DNA of 64,000 nucleotides from Candidatus Latescibacterota bacterium (GTDB lineage Bacteria; Latescibacterota; UBA2968; UBA8231): NCBI GenBank assembly GCA_965243025.1, contig CBDETY010000003.1, positions 5,248,001 to 5,312,000 of the forward strand, read 5' to 3'. Shown piece by piece: positions 58,753 to 64,000 of this stretch (position 1 is its first letter; each line of letters starts with the position of its first letter). The notes under the pieces were generated by a model. It saw only the letters and a program-made list of their open reading frames with translations, ran no database searches and was not told where the DNA came from. The position numbers and the translations under genes were made by a program.

Positions 58753-59250
58753 TCAATTCTCATTTCGAATTCTAATTGCTTCCTCAACAGCGTTCGCAAG
58801 GTGCTCAGAAATCCAAGCATATCGCTCTTTGCTGTTACTCCCGCCGGGATTGTAACACTTGACAATTGAGGAAAGCCTATTGCCTGAACTTCCATGGGTG
58901 ATGAAATCGAACGGATTTTTGCCAAGTGATGAAACCATTCCGTGGTAGTCCTTCAATCCGTGAATGCGGATTCCGACTACCCCCATTCCATCATCCCAGG
59001 ATTTGATAATTTCGTGGTTGATCCATTTACGATTTGCCGTATCGGATCCGACTAATACGACCGTACAGGAACGGTACATCATCTGACCCGCAATCCATTT
59101 CCTTATTGCAGTATCGCCTCCTTTCTTAACTGTCTCCCAGTCGTTATCTGTCGCGGGTCTGTTTCCTTCTATGCTGCCGATATTGCGGACCATCCCTGCC
59201 CGCCAGTTGTCTGGGTTGTAGTGGAAGCTGTAAAACACTCTACGAGCCAT
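58753..59250 (-). CDS. TIR-like (DUF1863/MTH538) protein, Thoeris ThsB-like
   Basis: 'RRVFYSFHY..D.WRA..VRN', 'SCTVVLVG..TA.RKWI.HEI..SW' with the conserved Glu, and 'GIRIH.LKD'. Confidence 0.85.
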   Translation of the reverse strand: MARRVFYSFHYNPDNWRAGMVRNIGSIEGNRPATDNDWETVKKGGDTAIRKWIAGQMMYRSCTVVLVGSDTANRKWINHEIIKSWDDGMGVVGIRIHGLKDYHGMVSSLGKNPFDFITHGSSGNRLSSIVKCYNPGGSNSKERYAWISEHLANAVEEAIRIRNEN

Positions 59251-59662
59251 TAGGTTGTTCTCCGGAAACATTGATGACTACCAAGACAATCGCGATGATG
59301 AGAGCCCCATAGAACGGAACCAGGGTTATCGAAAAGGTCGAGCCAAGCCACGAGCGCTTCCAACCGGTTCGGAACGAAGCGGTGGCCATTGAAAAGTCGA
59401 CTTCACTTTCGTCTATTGACCGGACGCGGTCGTATAGCGCCCGAAACAGGCGTTCCTGCCACAGGTAGTAGCCGTCAAGTCCCCAGAAGACGAGGACAGG
59501 TACCAATGCAATGTAGGCAACATCGAGGCGGTCCTCCTTCGCCAAGAGAACGAACAGGGCGGTGACCAAAACAACGGTCCACCCTTTCACTCGGAATGAG
59601 TCGGTCGCTAGGCGGTTGACTACTCCTTGGATCAATTCAAGATGCTTTAGCTTCGATTCCAT
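59240..59662 (-). CDS. Small ~3-TM membrane protein, putative TIR-associated effector
   Basis: 'KLKHLELIQGVVNRLA..SF.VKGW', 'FWGLDGYYL.QERLFR.LYD'; overlaps the TIR gene start. Confidence 0.75.
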   Translation of the reverse strand: MESKLKHLELIQGVVNRLATDSFRVKGWTVVLVTALFVLLAKEDRLDVAYIALVPVLVFWGLDGYYLWQERLFRALYDRVRSIDESEVDFSMATASFRTGWKRSWLGSTFSITLVPFYGALIIAIVLVVINVSGEQPNGS

Positions 59663-59804
59663 TGCTATTTCCTGCGGGGATGAATGGCTTGTTCGATTCG
59701 ATGGTATTTGCTGTCGCCCGGGCGCCCTGCTCGCAGTTGCTGGTTCGACTTGGCAAGGACTTTGATCGGTTTCGTACCGTTCTTGACTCCCAGATAATTT
59801 CCCC

Positions 59805-60824
59805 CTACCAACCAGAAGAACTTCCGAAAGTGCGATTTGCATCGAATATGTATGAATACGCACTCACTCTGTTGGATTGGTCTGGCACAAGGCCCAGAAT
59901 GCCTCCAGCTGCGCTCAGAGCTAATCCAAACAGGTCCCCAGCCCCCAAGGCCCAAACGCCACCCGTGATTCCCAAGGACCAAGAGGTCAGGTTTTTTCCA
60001 AGCGCAAGTCGAGTAGATCGTTGGATGTCGTGAGCTCTATCCGCAATCTCCTGTCGACGTTCCAATAGCGCGGTTTCTCGTTCCTTGCGATCGTTGATCT
60101 CAGCTAGCTCGGCCATGAACCCCCGGAGATCTCTCATGTATGCCTTGTGGGTGTCTTGGTGCTCTGAACGGAATTGGAGTACATCGTCGAGGGGAATGGA
60201 CTCCAAGTCGAAAGTAACGGGTTCAAGATCCAATTCAATTACCTTGTCACGTGATGGCATTTTGTCCCTCGACAGAGTTCCGATCAAGTCGGAAGCTGCG
60301 CCACCATGGTTGGTCGTGGGGTGTATGGTCATGTCCCGCCTTGCCCCAGAAACGCGGGAAAGTTGCCCGAGAATTACAAGAATAGTGGTACGAACGGCCG
60401 GGTGGAGAGGAATGGAAACACCGTCTTCACTCGGACGCGCAAGACCCTTCGCCTTCAGTTCATCGACAAGGAAGCCCGCCAAGTCGACATCGGCGCCGTA
60501 GCCAATCCGAGACTGTGACAGTTCCGCGAAATAATCGGTTTGTGGTAGGTCATCGAATGCGCCCGTCGTGAGCAGCTCAACAACGATTTCGGCAAGCTTT
60601 TCAGTTGTTTCTTGATCAACCCAATTTTTCGGTTCGAGCACCCGTAAGAGGCCGCGATCCTCTAGCGGCTCAGCTAGGGTTGGATCTGCATTCGTATGGC
60701 GGCCGTACATGTAATCGGGCAACAGAATAGCTATGTCATCGAAAAACAATAGAAGCGACTTTACCCAACCACTGTCTCTCGATAGCCAAAATGGGGCAGG
60801 ATAATAGTAAGCTGTATCGGTCAT
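59805..60824 (-). CDS. Hypothetical protein, DUF6236-like
   Basis: 'AYYYP...WVKSLLLFFD.I..L.P' N-terminus and hydrophobic Gly-rich C-terminal segments; AGGAG RBS. Confidence 0.55.
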   Translation of the reverse strand: MTDTAYYYPAPFWLSRDSGWVKSLLLFFDDIAILLPDYMYGRHTNADPTLAEPLEDRGLLRVLEPKNWVDQETTEKLAEIVVELLTTGAFDDLPQTDYFAELSQSRIGYGADVDLAGFLVDELKAKGLARPSEDGVSIPLHPAVRTTILVILGQLSRVSGARRDMTIHPTTNHGGAASDLIGTLSRDKMPSRDKVIELDLEPVTFDLESIPLDDVLQFRSEHQDTHKAYMRDLRGFMAELAEINDRKERETALLERRQEIADRAHDIQRSTRLALGKNLTSWSLGITGGVWALGAGDLFGLALSAAGGILGLVPDQSNRVSAYSYIFDANRTFGSSSGW

Positions 60825-60945
60825 CAGTCAGTCTCCTTCTAGGAAATCACTATTCGTAATCCAGATGCATTACTTCGAGATTCACATCGCTCTGGTCAAG
60901 GGGTGTCGACCTGTCAAACAACCCCAGAAAAATGACCCAAGGGCA

Positions 60946-63900
60946 TTACTCGTTATCGTCGTCTTCCCAGTAGGCTGGTTTGGTGCCTGTCTCTCGTTTG
61001 GGGCGCTTGGCGTTCAGTTCGAGAAGCCGCGCCAGCACCTCGTCCCGGATGTCGTCGGGCCAGCGGCAGCGGTAGGGCTTTTTTCGGTTGCCCCACTCTT
61101 CCTCGTCGATCTCGTAGTCGAGGAGGAACTGGCAGTCGGTGGGGATGTCATTCCAACCATAGGCATCGAGTACGACCCGGTCCATTGCGGCGTGGAGATC
61201 GCGGAGCTTGGCGATGTCGCGGTCGTCTTCGTCAGGGTCGTGGAAGCGGTTGTAGGTCTTGGTCAGGCCTTCGTCGTTACGGACCATGAGGTTGGCCCGG
61301 AAGTCGTAGTAGGTCTGGCCGGCGGCTTCAAGGCCAGATTGAGTAGCCCAACCCTCGGGGAAGGGGAAGGTCTCGAAGCAGTCGGAAGGTGAGTAGTTGA
61401 TGTCATCCTTCATTGTAGAACTGAAGAACCTGGCCCATATCTCATGGACGTTAGACTGGAGAACACAGAACGCAGAATATTCCTGAAATGGGAAAATGAC
61501 CAGTTTGTGGGAAGGGAGCATCCCTTTCCCAAGAAATGCGAAGTGGATCTTGTTGCTGATGATTCCGCACACGAGATAGCGGTTCAGTCCCGAAATAGCT
61601 GACCGAAGCTGGGGGCGCTCGTTAGCGTACTGCCACCAACGTTCCCTGTGTGAGCGGTCAATTGGCGACTTGCCGAGTTCGTCTCGTGCGGGTTTGACCC
61701 GCTCCTCTACGATCTCCAGCAGACTGGGCCAATCCGCTGCTACCGGATCTGGATAGTCGAGTGGTACGATTCCCTGCCTCAGCCATTCGCGACGCTGACC
61801 TTCGTCCGCGCCTATCCACCGAGCGTCTAGATCTTCCTTGCGCAGTGGATAATTTTGAAAGTTTATCGCATAGCGATGATGCATGTGAGTCGGGCTGGTG
61901 TTCACCTCTTCACCGCCAATATATGGAAAGATCACCTTCTGGTTCTGCGGGTTCTGTTCGACTAGGCGGTGCATCTCCGCCACGGATGAGGCGACATTCT
62001 TCCTGTCGGTGTCGTCGAAGGTAAAGCCCATGCCTCGGAGAAACACCCCCACGAAGCTCTTGCCGGTGTTCTCCCTGACCCGCTCCGGGTCATCGTTCCC
62101 GCCGCGGTGAAAGAGGAAGGCGGTGATAGTCTCAACCACGTCTCCATCGAGTCGCTTCGTTTCGATGTGCCGTCCCTTATGGACGTGGAGAATACTGACC
62201 ACCACGGCGGCCTGACCCGGCCACTTGACGCGCCGACGGGCACGGTAAATGTCCCCACCGTTCCCACAAATCCAACGCAGGCCGCTGGCGCGGGTATCGC
62301 CTTGGGCGATGGTGTTGGTAGCGATCAGGCCAAAGGCGCCGTTTGGGCGGATCAGATCGTAGACGCGTCGGAAGAAGTGTGCCACGAGGTCGGCATTACT
62401 GTTCGAGTGCAAGTGGACTGATGCAAGCCAATCGCGATATCCGGCACCAAGGACCGTGCTAATCCGCTTCCCTCCGAGGAACGGAGGATTCCCGACGATG
62501 CCGTCGAACCCCGGATTCTTCCGGTCAAACACCTCCGGGAACTCGATCTCCCAGTGAAAGGGGGCCAGCGGCGGGTCCGCACGGCGCTGCTCCTCAAGCC
62601 AGCCGCGGTGCTGATCTGCCCTTCGCTCGTAAACGGCAGTGGCGTACTCAACCCGTTTAGTCTCCCGCTCCTTCGCTTTGGTCCCCTCGAAGAAGGCGGC
62701 CGTCACCAGATCGCCGAAGAGGCTGATCTTGCCAAGCTCGAAGCGGGCTTCATCCCACCAATCATGCAGTTCCCGATCCGCGACCTCGTCGCCTGCCTCA
62801 CGGATCCGCCGTCGGAGTTGGGCTACCTTGGCGATCTGGCGGTGTACTTCCGTGGTCTCGAACCCCAGGTCGGCCTCTTCCGCACGGCGATCCCAGTGGA
62901 AGACTTCTATCTGCTTCCGGGACAGCCCGACCAGCGAGTCCCCGTGCCGCAGGGCGTGGTCGATGAATGTCAGCGGATGGTCCTTGGCCAGGGTCGCTAG
63001 CCATAGCGAAACCTTGGCGAGGTCGACCGCCATGGGGTTCCGGTCCACTCCGTACAGGCAGCGCTGTGCGATCAACCGGCGGGCGAAGATTCCCTCATCC
63101 TCGTCAGGCGGGATTCCCGGAATCTCGCCGTGGGCGCGCCAAGCCTCGACAAGAGCGTCGCCGAGCTGGCGGCAGGCCTCCACCAGGAAGGCCCCCGATC
63201 CCATGGCTGGGTCGCATACCTTCAGGTCCAGAATTTTTTCAGGCCGCGGCGGCTTCCCGTCCTCTCCCTGAAGCCGCGCCAGGATAGGCTCCAGGGTCGT
63301 CCGCACGATCGGCTCCGTCAGCTCGCGCGGCGTGTAGTGCGAGCCGGAGCGGCGCCTTTCTTCACTGGGTTGCAGCACCATCGCTCCCTGGGGCACTAAG
63401 TCGGGGGTGGCATCGACCTCGATCACCGGGCTGAGGGCCGCGTGCAGGTCCTCCAGCGTTCCGGCATCCTTCACCGCTTTCCTGATTTTGTCTCCGAGCT
63501 TTCGGTCGGCGTGGTCCCGGAGCCACTTGTCGCGCCGGGCACCCGGCTCCGCGGCGAGTGCTTCGAGGTCCACGGTTGTAGGAGCGCCCTGCTTCTTGGC
63601 CGCCTTGATCGCCACGGACCTCCCGCTGGCGGTTTCCAGGCGGAAACCCATCATGGTCTCGTAGACCGAGCCGATCTGCTCCACGTCGAGGGCCCGGTAG
63701 GAGAGCCGCTCGCCGTCGAGGACCAGCAGCTTCTCCAGGGCGCGGTAGATGGTGCCGTCCGATACGAGCGGCGGCTCGATGCGCTCGTGAATCTGGCGCG
63801 CCACCATGTCCGGCCGGCCTTCGAGGAACGGGAACCGGTCCGGGTCGAAGAGGACACCGTGCCGCCTGGGCAGGGTCATCTCCCCGGTTTCGGCGCCGTC

Positions 63901-64000
63901 GTGAATCAGGCGGAAAAGCACCAGCAACTGCGCCCAGGCACTGAAGCGCTGGTCCATGGTGTCGGGAAACAGGGCCGCGTCCTCACGCAGGCGCTCGTAC
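60946..64000 (-). CDS. drmMI: N6-adenine DNA methyltransferase, DISARM DrmMI-like (5' end outside the window)
   Basis: 'LDVEQIGSVYE', 'GSHYTP', motif I 'DPAMGSGAFL' and motif IV 'GNPPF'; same strand upstream of drmABC. Confidence 0.8.
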   Translation of the reverse strand, partial: YERLREDAALFPDTMDQRFSAWAQLLVLFRLIHDGAETGEMTLPRRHGVLFDPDRFPFLEGRPDMVARQIHERIEPPLVSDGTIYRALEKLLVLDGERLSYRALDVEQIGSVYETMMGFRLETASGRSVAIKAAKKQGAPTTVDLEALAAEPGARRDKWLRDHADRKLGDKIRKAVKDAGTLEDLHAALSPVIEVDATPDLVPQGAMVLQPSEERRRSGSHYTPRELTEPIVRTTLEPILARLQGEDGKPPRPEKILDLKVCDPAMGSGAFLVEACRQLGDALVEAWRAHGEIPGIPPDEDEGIFARRLIAQRCLYGVDRNPMAVDLAKVSLWLATLAKDHPLTFIDHALRHGDSLVGLSRKQIEVFHWDRRAEEADLGFETTEVHRQIAKVAQLRRRIREAGDEVADRELHDWWDEARFELGKISLFGDLVTAAFFEGTKAKERETKRVEYATAVYERRADQHRGWLEEQRRADPPLAPFHWEIEFPEVFDRKNPGFDGIVGNPPFLGGKRISTVLGAGYRDWLASVHLHSNSNADLVAHFFRRVYDLIRPNGAFGLIATNTIAQGDTRASGLRWICGNGGDIYRARRRVKWPGQAAVVVSILHVHKGRHIETKRLDGDVVETITAFLFHRGGNDDPERVRENTGKSFVGVFLRGMGFTFDDTDRKNVASSVAEMHRLVEQNPQNQKVIFPYIGGEEVNTSPTHMHHRYAINFQNYPLRKEDLDARWIGADEGQRREWLRQGIVPLDYPDPVAADWPSLLEIVEERVKPARDELGKSPIDRSHRERWWQYANERPQLRSAISGLNRYLVCGIISNKIHFAFLGKGMLPSHKLVIFPFQEYSAFCVLQSNVHEIWARFFSSTMKDDINYSPSDCFETFPFPEGWATQSGLEAAGQTYYDFRANLMVRNDEGLTKTYNRFHDPDEDDRDIAKLRDLHAAMDRVVLDAYGWNDIPTDCQFLLDYEIDEEEWGNRKKPYRCRWPDDIRDEVLARLLELNAKRPKRETGTKPAYWEDDDNE

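Noticed and set aside
60946-64000. Methylase as BREX PglX
   Set aside because: No pglZ, brxC or brxL genes are visible, and the downstream drmA-drmB-drmC genes favour DISARM.

Overview
High-GC bacterial genomic window. Its gene content (FlgD-Ig/discoidin protein, CRTAC1/ASPIC-UnbV, several PhyH dioxygenases, BNR sialidase, DUF362, proteins ending in an 'SWGRIK' motif) resembles Latescibacterota/Gemmatimonadota-type organisms; this taxonomy is inference only. There are three zones. (1) 7.3-13.0 kb is a lower-GC tandem array on the minus strand. Three paralogous secreted DOMON/CBM9-like proteins alternate with two small genes encoding CS-alpha-beta (insect/plectasin/actifensin-type) defensin-like peptides, which have near-identical leaders and upstream regions (each with a T13 tract next to TTGACA) but divergent cores. 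The middle paralog is split by a 1557-bp IS5/IS1182-type element with a CTAG target duplication. (2) 13-44 kb holds ordinary metabolic and secreted-protein genes, an MNT-HEPN toxin-antitoxin pair and a sulfatase fragment. (3) 44-64 kb is a minus-strand defence island. It is a DISARM class I-like system (drmMI ... drmA-drmB-drmC) with about 9 kb of cargo between drmMI and drmA: a DUF6236-like gene, a membrane protein plus ThsB-like TIR, Gabija-like OLD nuclease plus UvrD, a small ART-like gene plus a DUF6575-like gene, and a pentapeptide protein. After drmC comes a two-gene module whose first gene is broken by a 160-bp MITE with a CTAG duplication. No rRNA, tRNA or CRISPR array was seen. All family assignments come from motif recognition, not database searches.
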